DNA of 64,000 nt from contig CM120641.1 of the NCBI GenBank assembly GCA_051362555.1, forward strand, positions 19,158,001 to 19,222,000, read 5' to 3'. How positions within the stretch are numbered: position 1 is the first letter of the stretch; the number at the start of each line of letters is the position of its first letter. Source of the stretch: Lingula anatina (taxonomy: Eukaryota; Animalia; Brachiopoda). A program made the position numbers and the translations under genes. Positions 1-11,687 of this stretch are shown here, piece by piece. A model generated the notes under the pieces. The model worked only from the letters and a program-made list of their open reading frames with translations, had not been told where the DNA came from and ran no database searches.

Positions 1-923
1 TAAAAGCAGCACCATTGGCACACAGAAGTATCCACCTTCAAACAGAAGTGGCTGATTTGAAATGGTTAATTCCTTGATTTGTAATTTTTGTGGGTAAATT
101 TTCCACTTCAAAGATTTATCGTTATTTTTATCTTTCTTCATGTTTATCTTTAAAGTTTAGGCTACATTTTGTCCTCAATGGTCATCCTAAGGTATTGTAT
201 ACCGCATGTGCTTACCATAGGTTTTAAGACCGCATCCCGGAATCCATTTGTGACAATAACTTGGTCTTGCTAGAGTGCATTAAATTTGCAGGCTTCGTTG
301 CGTACTGTGTTAAGTGCTTCTACAGATTCTATAGCCTCGCTTGTTAACACTTGTTTTCCATGGAACCAAAAAGACAAAGGGCTCCTCAGGCGCTTTGATC
401 AGAGACGTTACCGTGATCAAATTGAGGTTGAAAAGAAGAGTGGTATCCTGAGTAACACATCCTATAAGAAACATTAACTGTTTGACCAAGCTTTTTTTAC
501 ATTCCTCTGAAACTCAGGGCGAGAAGGGGTGATGCTGGGTTCACATTTCCGTCTTCCAAATGTATATTTTTGAGCATATGCATAGAAATTTGTATTGAAT
601 AAAAGGACCTTTCCCTCCCGAATGGCAAAAGGAGCACCTGGGTATATAAAAACGATTTACATCATTTCATGCTTTCTTTCATTTGTCTTTTGCTGATGAG
701 AGAAACGTTCAACCATTAGGCGTCGAAAATAACATTATCCAGTAAAGGCATTGAATCTCTAAATGTCGCTTTCAGTGGTTTTTAGTATGGAAACAATATG
801 TTAAGCTGAATATCTCTTGGAAAGGTCAATATGTCTACAAGCACGTGAAACAAGCCACACTCAGCTAAAAAACAATATTATTAACATGGAAGAAAATACT
901 TGTGTATACTGTAATCTTGCATT

Positions 924-926
<3 letters not shown>

Positions 927-965
<39 letters not shown>

Positions 966-997
966 CTTCCCCCCCCCCCCCCTCTCTCTCTCTCTCT
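927..997. repeat. (CT)n / poly-C compound microsatellite
   Basis: Directly visible. Confidence 0.95.
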
Positions 998-1939
998 TGT
1001 GTATCGGACGTGCGATTGGTTTTCAGTAGCAAGGGAGTTGTAACAAACCTAATAAGTTCAGGGTACGATCCCAATTGCATTCGGTTCCAAGCGGACACGC
1101 AATTAGGACATTTACATTGGCAGTGAGGTAATGCCATCACATACAATCTCAATTGTAAATTCAGTTTAAGGCTTGAATAGTTCCTTAAAAGATTTTGAGA
1201 GCATTCACAATGAATGTCACTGAGAGACCATTAAAGGATTACGCGGTCTTCCTTTCATGTAGGTCTCGGTCTTGTTATACCTCTGCTCTTCTCAATGTGA
1301 ATGCTCTCTTAGTTGCCACTAGAAAGCTTCACCTGCCATCCAATATTCCAACACGATATATATTAGACGCCCCCCTCAAAACAGTAGAATTAACAATTAA
1401 CAAGACATAGATCTCTAAGCTGCATCATGTGTGTATTCGGGTTCTATAATAGGGCGAATTTGGAATGACAACAGAGTATCTCGTGCAGCAATACTTAACC
1501 GACGATAAACTGATAAATAAGCCTAGATTGATGTCAGTCAAATTTGTTTGCAATCTCTCCTTCTCCCTCCCTCTCTCCCTCTCTCTCTCTCTGCCAACAC
1601 GTAGGCCTAACTATCTCAGTTTCGAGACTATACACATCCCTGTGGATGACACGACGCTTCATGATCATGTTGAATTCTAAGGCATGGCAATGCCATGGAG
1701 AATAGAAAATCTTGTTTATCAATTACCACAATTGTCAGGTGGCCATCCATTTCGTGCGTCCTGAAGCGAACGCCGCTAATACGGAAAATCAATTAGCAAC
1801 AAAACAAATTGAAAGAGGATATATGCAATCTTATCTTAAAATTTGGGTCTAGACACGGCGTCTTTTAGAATTTTTTGGACTATTGCTAGGTACCCCTGCT
1901 TGTATAAAGGGGGTAAGGCGCCTTTTGCTCAGTTTATTC

Positions 1940-3462
1940 CTTCTGACAGCCAATCGCACGATACAATTCAATCGGATCTTTCAAAGCTTGAGGAATGGTC
2001 TTCAAGGTGGAAACTGGAGTTCAAACCTGATAAGAGTTGTGAGGTCATATTCTCTACCAAGGACACAGCAAATAAATACAGAAATTTAATATTATGTGAC
2101 TTAATGATACCCCGGAAACCATCCATAAACATCTCGGATTCGTACTAGACTCCAAACTGTCTAGTGCCGAACATATTAGTTATTTAGCTACTAAGGCCCA
2201 AAAGGCCCTGAACCCTCTTAAGTCCCTGTCTCATAGTCTCCGATCTAGGCACTTGAACATACTATACCCTACAACGCCTACGTTCTGTCTTGTCTTGATT
2301 ACTGCGACATCCTTTATCACTCAGCAACTAAAAGGAATCTTTCTAAACTTTCTTCTATACATTAACAAGCTGGTCTGCTTGTTTTTGGGTGCTCTGCCTG
2401 GTTCGAACGCACTTAAGGTTCTTAAAGTGTTGAACTGGGCTACTCTGGAAAACCGTAGAATAATGCATGCAAAACAGATTGAGTTGATTGAGTTCTCCAC
2501 TCATCACAACATGGCTCCTACATATATAATCAGAGATTTCTTGTCTTTTAAAAATCCAATGATCTCGCAAACAAGAGAGTCCTCGTACAGAGATTACATT
2601 ATCCCAGCTAAGTTTACTTTCCAGGGTCCTGAATACTTACTCTTGTCGTCATGGAATAGTCTCAGTCTCGAACAGAAGTACACCCTAAATGTCGCGTCAC
2701 TTAAGCATTCTTTGAAATGTGAACTCTTTCCTGGTTCGTTATCAACAATCACCCTAAAGTTAGAAAGAAAGAATGAAAAATATCTAAACCGTGCACGTGT
2801 AGATCTTTTGTTCAAATCCCAACTATATAACCACAATTGGAACTCGGTGAATTCTCCAAACTGCTCGTGTGGGAAACCTGAGACTATACGCCATTTTTTC
2901 TTCCAGGGCCCACTGAGGCAGTTGAAGTATCGTGGTTTTCATTTGTCTATTGAGAGTGTCCTGGGTGCTAACAATACAAACTTTAGAACGCAACTTGATA
3001 AGATTTCTTTGTTTTTACACGGTCACAAAACTTTAACAACTGGACAGAACGACAAAGTCTTTGAAATTGTTTCGTGGTTTTTAATTGATAATGTTTAAAT
3101 TCTTTGACAAGTCCACCCACCCGTCTCCTCTCCTGATCAGCTGGTCTGTCACTTCCCGCATACATCTCCCCGTGCCTAGGCCCCCTTCCCTGTTGCTCTC
3201 ACCAATATTTATATGTGTTCTAATAGTGTTATCACAATTATTATTATTACTTCTATATTATCATACTTAACTCATTTATTTACTTTCATTTAAATTAACG
3301 CATTATTTTTACCTTTATATCGTTATAATTAATCTATTTATTTACGATTTACTATAATACCGCAGGCGAGCACATAATGTAATGCTGTGGCGACGTGCCG
3401 CCTGCTCTGAATTTATTTATTTTGTATATATCATTATTGTAGAAATAAATCTGTTTAAAAAA
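1940..3462 (+). mobile_element. 5'-truncated, frameshifted non-LTR retrotransposon (CR1/L2 group), ORF2 C-terminal part plus 3' UTR
   Basis: RT C-terminal motifs IQSDLSKLEEWSSRWKLEFKPDKS and, in a shifted frame, KHLGFVLDSKLS..HISYLATKA; LNWATLENRR; C-terminal CSCGKPETIRHFFF zinc knuckle (ORF 2253..3098); AT-rich 3' UTR ending in AATAAA (3444-3449) and a short A run. 5' boundary approximate. Confidence 0.85.
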
Positions 3463-4725
3463 GTGCTAGACTTTCTGTGTAAAACAGCCTTGAGTCTTCC
3501 ATGCATACTGCGGCATTAATTCCCATCAAAAATACCTGAGCATAATACAAGAAGTGCAAAGTAACAATCATCAGCGACATTTGCTTTCAGGGCTCTGACC
3601 CTCTTCCATTTAATTTGTTTAGCTGCAAACATGGTTAATGAATACTATGCTTCAACTGCGATATTTTCTTTCAAATTTCCTCCATGTTCAATTAACTCTT
3701 CTACAAAAGTTGACACTAGGGAAACGTGGAACTTAGGGTGCCTTCACAATGAAGCTATCGAACTAACTACTGCGCACTACTTCACGGGGACTCTCGCTGG
3801 AAGCAATCAGATTTACAGATGAACACGCCTCCTCTTGTATCCAACGTACCTGTATAATCACTATTTTTTTTGTATTCTACTCAACGCCAGGATCTGTTAA
3901 TCTTTTTACATTCAGCGAGAGTCTCCATGGAGTTGGTGAGCAGTAACTATAGTACGATAGATGCATTGTGAAGGCACCCAAAAAGAGACAGTTCAACAAT
4001 AAAACGGAAACCACCGTTAGATTAACTCGCATTTATAGGTAAACAGTACATGTTTTGTCTCTGTAACTAAATTGGTCTCATATTGCGTAGGTTAACACAG
4101 CACATGATCAACTCTCATGCACTGCCTCTTTAAATCTTTTTACACATAATTGTCTACTAATGTGAACGTAATTTGATGTTAGTATGCTATTATCATGTTT
4201 CCGCCTCCCTCTGTACATGTGTAGGATTGTTATCTGTAGGCCTATATATATATAAGAAGGGAAGAATGATCACATAAAGATAACAATAAATGCGTGTTCG
4301 TCGTTAAGAATGTTCTGAAAAGTATCCATATCTTCATGTGAACACATGTGATATATATATATATATGTAGGCTCAGATTATTAAGAATTAGGCTGAAATA
4401 CGACATAACAAAATGCCTCCCCCTTTCCCGACTTTTCTTAACATACCGAGGTTGAGGTTGAGGGCCTCGGAGTGTGTGACTTCGTCATTTCTTGGAAAGA
4501 TGGTGGAAAATCAATTTTTGTTTGGGAAGAGGGGAAGCATGCACAGACATCCTCTAGATCCTTGTACGAAAGCTGTCTGTGCATATTCCTGTATCTCTTG
4601 TTACAAGTTCTTTTAGGTGTTTGAACATTACTACGAGTGGTAAAAATGCCACCATATATCGTATATCAAATTATAACATGTTTAGCGGAGTGGTTTGAGC
4701 GTAAAAGTTCTGACTCAAATTTCAG

Positions 4726-7700
4726 ATCAAATGCAGCTACTGTTAGGAAAATACACAGGCTCTGTGGTTGCTTTGGTGGAACCAGATATTTTCAGTGATA
4801 TACATGTCCTTCAACAGGCAGCGGAATATATAAGTAACACTGCAATACCCTTTGTACAAAAACAATCGCCGCGTTATTTCCATAGTAAGTATTACAAAGA
4901 ATATTCTTATACCAGGGTTATTGATCTTACTCGAGTCCAATCATTCTAAATGGCAATTTTCAAACGGAGAGTAATTTTTCTTTTACTGAGGCAAATCTAA
5001 ATTAATTCCTAGCACCATTGTTTGAATAATAGATATTTATTTTAAAGATGTGCTAATAACATATAAATTCTTTATCTTTGAAAGTATTATATGACTCGAG
5101 ACATCATCATCATCTATTATTTAAAAAAAACTGAATGTGAAAAAAAGGTGATGCAACAGAAATGCAATAATGTTATTTCATTGTACAAGGAATCGGGGCA
5201 AATCTCAGGAATGGTTTCTGGGGGATCGAGTCAGAAAGTAAAGACATCGATATGACCAGGGCAGTAACACCTGCAATGTCCGGAGAAGCTATGCACGAAA
5301 AAGACTCCGATGACTGCCTGACAGAGTTATTTGGTACAACAGGGTAAGTGCGTTTCATATCAAATCACCGTATATATCTTTAAAAAAGTTATCATAATGA
5401 TTCATCTTTGAAGTTCTACTAAAAAGATGTAATATCCTATCAAAGCTTTTAGGGGCCGAAATGATATTGCATCTATTAGGATATTACACCTTTTAAGTAG
5501 CTCTTCATAGATGCATCATTATGATAACTTATTTATAACAGGATAAATGCGACACGTGCTTAGGGCGGTTTGCCAAAACTTGTTTTAGTGCCGTCTTTCG
5601 GAACTAGACGCTACATTGCTACCCCTACTACAGTGTGCCGGGTACGTATTCAATGTTGTCACAGCACTTACACTCTCATTGCGTTGACTGCTTAATCCAT
5701 GGATGGCAATCAAATATCTGCTATTTTGAGTTAGAACTAAGAAAAACAAAGACATATCCTACATGGTAGTTTAAATTTCTGAAAGACATTCCCTTGTGAG
5801 GACCAGAAACTTCTCCTTTGGAGAATTGAAATATCCCACAATACAGGGGCGGATTGATACTGGGTCTTATGGAAGACGGTCAGTGTTTTTTAAGTTTACA
5901 TTGACGGGCATCTAAATTTTCTGTCGGAAGGCTGTCAAAAATTAAGGATGGATGAAAAAACATTAATTTCAGATTCTGCTATGAACCTTAAAATTGAAAT
6001 GGAGATCGGAAATTACATGTAAAACAGCGGGTTACCGCCTAAGTAATGGAATGACAAGTGATGTTTTTATTGTTCTTTCTTGGCTTTGATCTAATTATTG
6101 TACATTTGGCCATAAGAACATGCACTAAATCATCGATATATCAGAGCCCAAACAAATTATATGTATGAAACTTTCATATATCGAAAAACGTGATGATTAC
6201 TCGCTTGAATGGTTTCATAATAATAGAAACACGATAGAAGTTAAGAGATTCACAATGGTATATAGAAAATACTTGTAGGAATGTGTAACTTACTCTAAAA
6301 TTCTCCCTAAAGCTTTCTTTTCAACCTTTTGGAAATCAGTCTATTCCATTTTCATTTTTTTTTTTGCAATGTAGTTAAATAAGTTAACTACATGCACATG
6401 AAATATCGATTAAGACTCTTCAAATTATTCTAGTTACAGGATTAAAAATATGCTTTCTATGGTTTGCTGAGACAATTTAAGACATAGGATCTCAATTGTT
6501 TCTTTTTTTTTGGGGGGGGAGGGGGTTAAACCATAACACATAAATGTAAGTTTTACATCAATAAGGCATTTGAATACAGGCTATCTGATTTTTTTTACAT
6601 ATTTGTTTCTTTATATTTTACAGTTTATCTCAAAACCCCTGTGAAATATCGGATACTTGTTGGAGACGAATGACGTCACCGGGTTACCGTGGTTACTCTC
6701 TCTCGCACCAAATTTTCTATCTGGAAATTGGAGTTCAGGTATGTGCATGATGGCTTTAATTTTGAAAATTATCACTTTCGTCGTATGACAAGAGCGTCTT
6801 CTACATTTTAAGTATGGCTACACATGCAATTGAAGGAGTATCAGGTAATAGCTAGTCATGCAACGTATGTAAGATTGGGCGTCTTAACGCTAGTGCTGCT
6901 AGAAAAAAAGATTATACTCTCATTTTCAAAAAACTGATAACTGGTTAACTTTAGTTTAAAGATGCGTATTAGTAAGTACCTTTGTCCAATTATTGTCGCT
7001 AAATCCTACCACATGCCGCCATACAGTTTCAAACAGAATACCTAAAAGAAATACCTAAAAGCTGTGATCTTTGCACTGGACAGATTTTCTGCTCACATTC
7101 TGTGCTTTACAGACTGGAAGGAAAATAAGTAGGTCTTTACGGCAAGAAATTTGAAGAAGGTGCAGTTTTAAAGCCTTGCTTGGTGTCCGGTTGATTTTTA
7201 GCATGTGAATTTTATTTGTGTGCGCCTGTGAAACTGGCAGTGATGTTTTGTATACGTTACAGGGCAATTACTCACGCTTTATATGTATCTTTTAGAAAAT
7301 CCCTTGTAAATATGGTAATTCCTTCTTCATGCTTGCAGAAATTATTCTTTGAACTGTAATATATGTTATTTTTGTAGACCAGCTTTCTCATACATGTTTG
7401 TTTTAAAAATTCTTTTGAAAATTTTTCATTCGTTATATTTTTCTAGGTTTTATATGCCCAGTTTATTAGTTACGATTGGCATCTGCTACATGCTGTACCA
7501 TTGAAAGTTTTTAAAGTTTTTTTGTTTTTTTTGCTATTCGTCTGTACATTTGGTAGCTTTGTTGCCTTGTTAATATTTCAAAAATTACTGTAGGCAGGTT
7601 GCCGACCAGCGATGGACGTGAAAATAAGAAGACACTATCAACCGAGTTTAGAGACATTAGCAGAAGGTTTCTGCGCAGCCATGCTTAGAGAAGCGGAGAC

Positions 7701-8505
7701 CATAGCGCGAGCTGGATTCCCTTTGAGGAGACGTGATCTTTTCATGGAAGAAGGTGGTGCCATTAATCTTTTTACAGCATATTCTTTTGTGATATATATG
7801 TTACTGCCTATCTGAAGCACAACTGAACATCAAACTATTGATTAAATACATAATAGGATCTGGAACCATGGACCTACCTGATCGGGGGATTGGCTTGGTG
7901 AATTGTGTGAAATACTAATATAGGCCTACTGATATATAATTTTGCAACAGCTGGGAATACTGGTGGTGGAGAGTAGGAATTTGGGCCATTTTCGTCTAGA
8001 TTATAAGTCATATATATATATAACATATACCCCAGCTTTTTAACTCGCCCTGTATTGGTATATGCTTTATAATTCACTTTTGTGCACGTATGTCATTTCC
8101 AGCTACTCTGTGTGGAATGCTAGGTTATCGACAGTTTTTCCGGTATCATTGGCTTGAAAATATCCTGAGCTGGCAGCGACGAAGTGGTTGCTTTGGGGAC
8201 GATGCCATTGACAGTAAATTCATCGCACCGAAAGGTAAAACAAATGGAAATTGCACATTGCAGATGGAAAAAAAAAGAAATTGGGGAATGGCTATTTTCT
8301 ATACTCAATGTGAATAAAAATAACCCAATAATGAGTGCCTCTTGCCTGTTAATTTCCTTATCAAACACAAGTATCAAACACAAAGATGGCCGGAAACAAA
8401 TAAGTGCCGTGTTGCTCAATCCATAAAATATTTATATTGCGCCCCAAATTTCGTTATATTCTAGCAACAGGAACATTTATCAAAAATAAATAAATAAATA
8501 AATAA

Positions 8506-8568
<63 letters not shown>

Positions 8569-8813
8569 TCTAGAACATAGACCTACAGTCACTAGATTGA
8601 CTGTGACATATATTACTTTTTGTTACTATTCTTTTATTCTTTATTGTAGGGAAATCCATGGATGAAGAGTTTAAAAGAACGGTATCCAAGAGAGAAGAGC
8701 GCGTTTTGAGTGATCGATGTCTCGCGCACAAGACCACAGTCGCACTTGGTGCGCTGACGCAGTACATGCGATACTTGCTACTAGCCATGGAAAAACAACT
8801 GCAGACTATTTAG
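4726..8813 (+). CDS. C16orf89: UPF0764 protein C16orf89 homolog (partial; first exon not located)
   Basis: AG/GT-bounded, phase-compatible exons 4726-4884, 5190-5343, 6624-6738, 7594-7753, 8103-8234, 8650-8813 (TAG). Translation includes SDDCLTELFGT, PCEISDTCWRRMTSPGYRGYSLSHQIFYL, RDLFMEEATLCGMLGY, WLENILSWQRRSGCFG and KREERVLSDRCLAHKTTVALGAL, matching family motifs recalled from the human protein. Confidence 0.85.
5386..5530. mobile_element. MITE-like foldback element in a C16orf89 intron
   Basis: About 54-bp imperfect inverted repeats 5386-5439 and 5477-5530 (aagttatcataatga...taatatccta / taggatattac...tcattatgataactt) around a short spacer. Confidence 0.6.
8484..8568. repeat. (AAAT)n(AAT)n microsatellite
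   Basis: Directly visible in the last C16orf89 intron. Confidence 0.95.
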
Positions 8814-9414
8814 AAAAAAATCCAATGCACCTAAGAATATAACATGTGTGACATGGATGGGAGTTTATTGGTTAAATTGTTAAATTGAACTCTTCTGACT
8901 TCACACAACACTTTTGCGCGTTTACAAAACAGCTCTCCATTATGAAAAGGCGTATCGACAATAACAAAAATATAAATAGAGGTATTCTTTCCTTTTAGTT
9001 TCTTTTCTTTTATCTGTTTATTATTTTTCATTTCTTTTAATATTTTTTCACGAAATTTAGTTTTACAGGGATAATTCCCATGATGAAAACGCTGTGATGT
9101 GTCATTAAAAGTAGTTTTTTTGCTGACCAAGGTACAATAAAATAACAACATGAAAAACAGTGTTTTTTTTTCTCTTGCTGGTGTGTTTATCTTCTTTTCG
9201 TTTTGCTTTTTACATGTGTATGACGCCACAATACGATAGCCTTACAATGAATTCAACGGAAAATAAATATGTATTTTGTTACACAAAAGAGCCTGTCTGT
9301 CACTTGGTGGCTCTGTTCTCCCCCAAGATAAGCTGGTTCCGTAACACGGAAATAAACACCTGCTGGGTTCTGCTGCTGAGGCGGTATTTCCACCTGTTCC
9401 GCTTTAGTTTCAAA

Positions 9415-11678
9415 ATGTCGAGATCAAATAAGAAAACTAAACGTTTATGGGAAACTCGTAATTTGCGAGTCTTGGTAGACATGGATTGTGTATTAGCGGA
9501 TTTCGAAGGCTCTCTATTGAAAAAATGGAAAGAGCGGTATCCAAATGAACCGCACATCGCACTAGAAGAAAGAAGAGGGTTTTATGTTACTAAACAGTAT
9601 GGAGATATACGCGAAGATCTGAAGGCGAGTGTATTTATATATAATGACCGTAACTGAAAAAAAGCAAAGGTTTTTTTAATGTCCTCTAGAAATCTTGGTA
9701 GATGCCATCCATCTAGACATGTACATGTACATCCTTTGTAAAAATATTTCTCAATTACACACACATTGCTGATTGAGGTATAATTAAAGAACTGTATTTA
9801 AATAATTTTTTCTCTTGTTTTTAGAGTAAAATTATAGAAGTTCTTTCTAGTGAAGGGTTTTTCCGTGAACTACCTCCTATAGAAGGTGCTATAGATGCCA
9901 TAAAAGAAATATCTTCCATGGAAGGGTAAGAAAAAGGACTCCTGCAAGAACAGGGTAATAATTAGTCTGAGTAAAATTTGATATTTCATTTTATTATGAT
10001 ACTACAATCCCTCTAATGAATAATATCATGTTTTTTGCTTAAATTGTCTTTAATCTTCTGCTTTTTGTATATGATTGCAATTTTTTTGGTCACAAACTTT
10101 TTCTAGGTGTGGTTTATATAACCAATGGTCAAAAACTATTTTTGTCCTGCCCCTCTCCCCCAGTTTTGCTTATGTGCATCTCTAGAAAAAAAAAAGTTAC
10201 ATCATGACAAAAAATGTGATCTGACCCTTCATGAACAAGATGATTCAAGGTGCATAACTGATTTAGGCCCAACAGAGAAAACAGTTTGAAAATGAATACT
10301 TGCAAATTGTCAAAATATTTCTGTCCCTATGTCATAGGGTCAAGATTGCAAGCAGAAATTGCTCTGAAAATAATAGCTGGATTTTAAGGTGGGGAGGAAA
10401 GAGATTTAGCATTTATACAGATTGGGTAATATTACTCAAGCCTGAATGTCATAATTTCTTTGTTATGATAAAGATCATTTTTCACATACAGTCAAATTCA
10501 AATCCATGGTTGAAATTGATTGGAGGTCTGTTCAGTTGCAATATTGATATATATTCTGATTATTTCAATATATAATTTCAGAATTAAAGTGTTACTTTCT
10601 GTTTTGATGGAAAGGGATAATTTGTCTTTTGCAGAGTGGAAGTATTCATATGCACCGCACCGTTAAAAGAATACCAGCATTGTGCGGTTGAAAAGGTATT
10701 AATGACATGAACACATATTTTAAGCAAAATTAGGCAGAAATATTATGACTCGTTGCAGATAACCTTGGCTTCTCTCTCTCTCCTCGCTCTCTCTCTGTCT
10801 CTCTCTCTCTCTCTCTGTTTGTGTGTGGGTATGTGTGTGTGTGTGTGTTTACGTCATTGATTAGCTTTTTAACAAGTTTTAGATTTTCTTTCATTGTTTT
10901 TCAGTATGAGTGGATTGAAAAATACTTTGGAAGAGACTGGCTAGCTCGGGTCATATTAACAAGGGACAAAACCATCATCAGTGCAGATTTGTTGATTGAT
11001 GATAGGACTGATATAACAGGCAAGTCTTGTTTTAGCCAATTAAATAATGAAAACTTTAATAATGAAAACTAAGTTGTCATTATGAAAAAAAATTCATTGA
11101 TTTGTACTCTGTGTGAATCCTCATATGTGTCACAGATAGAACCATAAGCACATTCACTCCAGGACCAGGGCAAAAGGAGTTGACAGTCTATTTCTGGTCT
11201 TATTTGGTCTAGTTCTGAACACACCTTTTGATTATAGAGGGTAATTTATTTTGAAGGAATAGGTACATCAAAGCTGCTGAGGTCTGCACTCTCGGAGTGC
11301 TTTTCTAGTTTATGGGCAAGTTATCTTAACAAATTTTGAGAAAATTTTCATGATTGTCAGTTATTCAGGAAAGGAGGGAAAGGAGTTATTACAATTTCAA
11401 CTGAATTCGAATCCCCCCCCCCTTTTTTTTTTTCAAATGAATTTTTATTGTCTTTTTCCTTGGCAGATGTCCATGCTCTGCAGTTCCCAGTTCAAATAAT
11501 TCATTGTATTTCTCCAGGTGCTGAGAAGAATCCAAGCTGGAGACAGGTGGTATTTACAGCTTGCCATAACAAACATACTCCCTCTAACCTCCTGCCAAAA
11601 CATTCAGTGAGGTTGGAAAGCTGGTTAGATTCTGACACTTGGAAACAAATTATTGAGGATGCTAAGAAAAAACTCTAG
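9415..11678 (+). CDS. NT5M: 5'(3')-deoxyribonucleotidase (NT5M/NT5C family, HAD superfamily), about 215 aa from ATG 9415
   Basis: Exons 9415-9624, 9825-9925, 10635-10695, 10905-11019, 11518-11678 (TAG) join in frame. LRVLVDMDCVLADFEG (HAD DxD motif), EERRGFYV, GFFRELPPIEGA, VFICTAP, EKYEWIEKYFG, ILTRDKTIISADLLIDDR, GAEKNPSWRQVVFTACHNKH. Introns 1 and 4 use GC donors. A single invertebrate gene could be co-orthologous to NT5M and NT5C. Confidence 0.93.
10770..10848. repeat. (CT)n(GT)n compound microsatellite
   Basis: Directly visible in NT5M intron 3. Confidence 0.9.
11273..11309 (-). repeat. Possible terminus of a non-autonomous dispersed repeat in NT5M intron 4
   Basis: Minus strand reads ACTAGAAAAGCACTCCGAGAGTGCAGACCTC, resembling the end of small repeats I recall from mollusc and fish genomes; not verified by a search. 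Confidence 0.3.
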
Positions 11679-11687
11679 CAGCATATG

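Noticed and set aside
686-750. CTGATGA...GAAA resembling a second hammerhead
   Set aside because: Stems I and II are poor, an extra base is needed after GAAA, and there is no retroelement context.
1027-1127. Plus-strand AG...GT segment (SKGVVTNLISSGYDPNCIRFQ...) as a possible C16orf89 exon
   Set aside because: Ends in a stop in its open frame and shows no family similarity.
817-1152. Overlapping ORFs with SLSLSL/ERERER runs
   Set aside because: Translations of the (CT)n microsatellite.
9160-9657. Full 165-aa ORF as the NT5M protein
   Set aside because: Only 9415-9624, plus a possible short extension, is homologous; the rest is upstream or intronic read-through.
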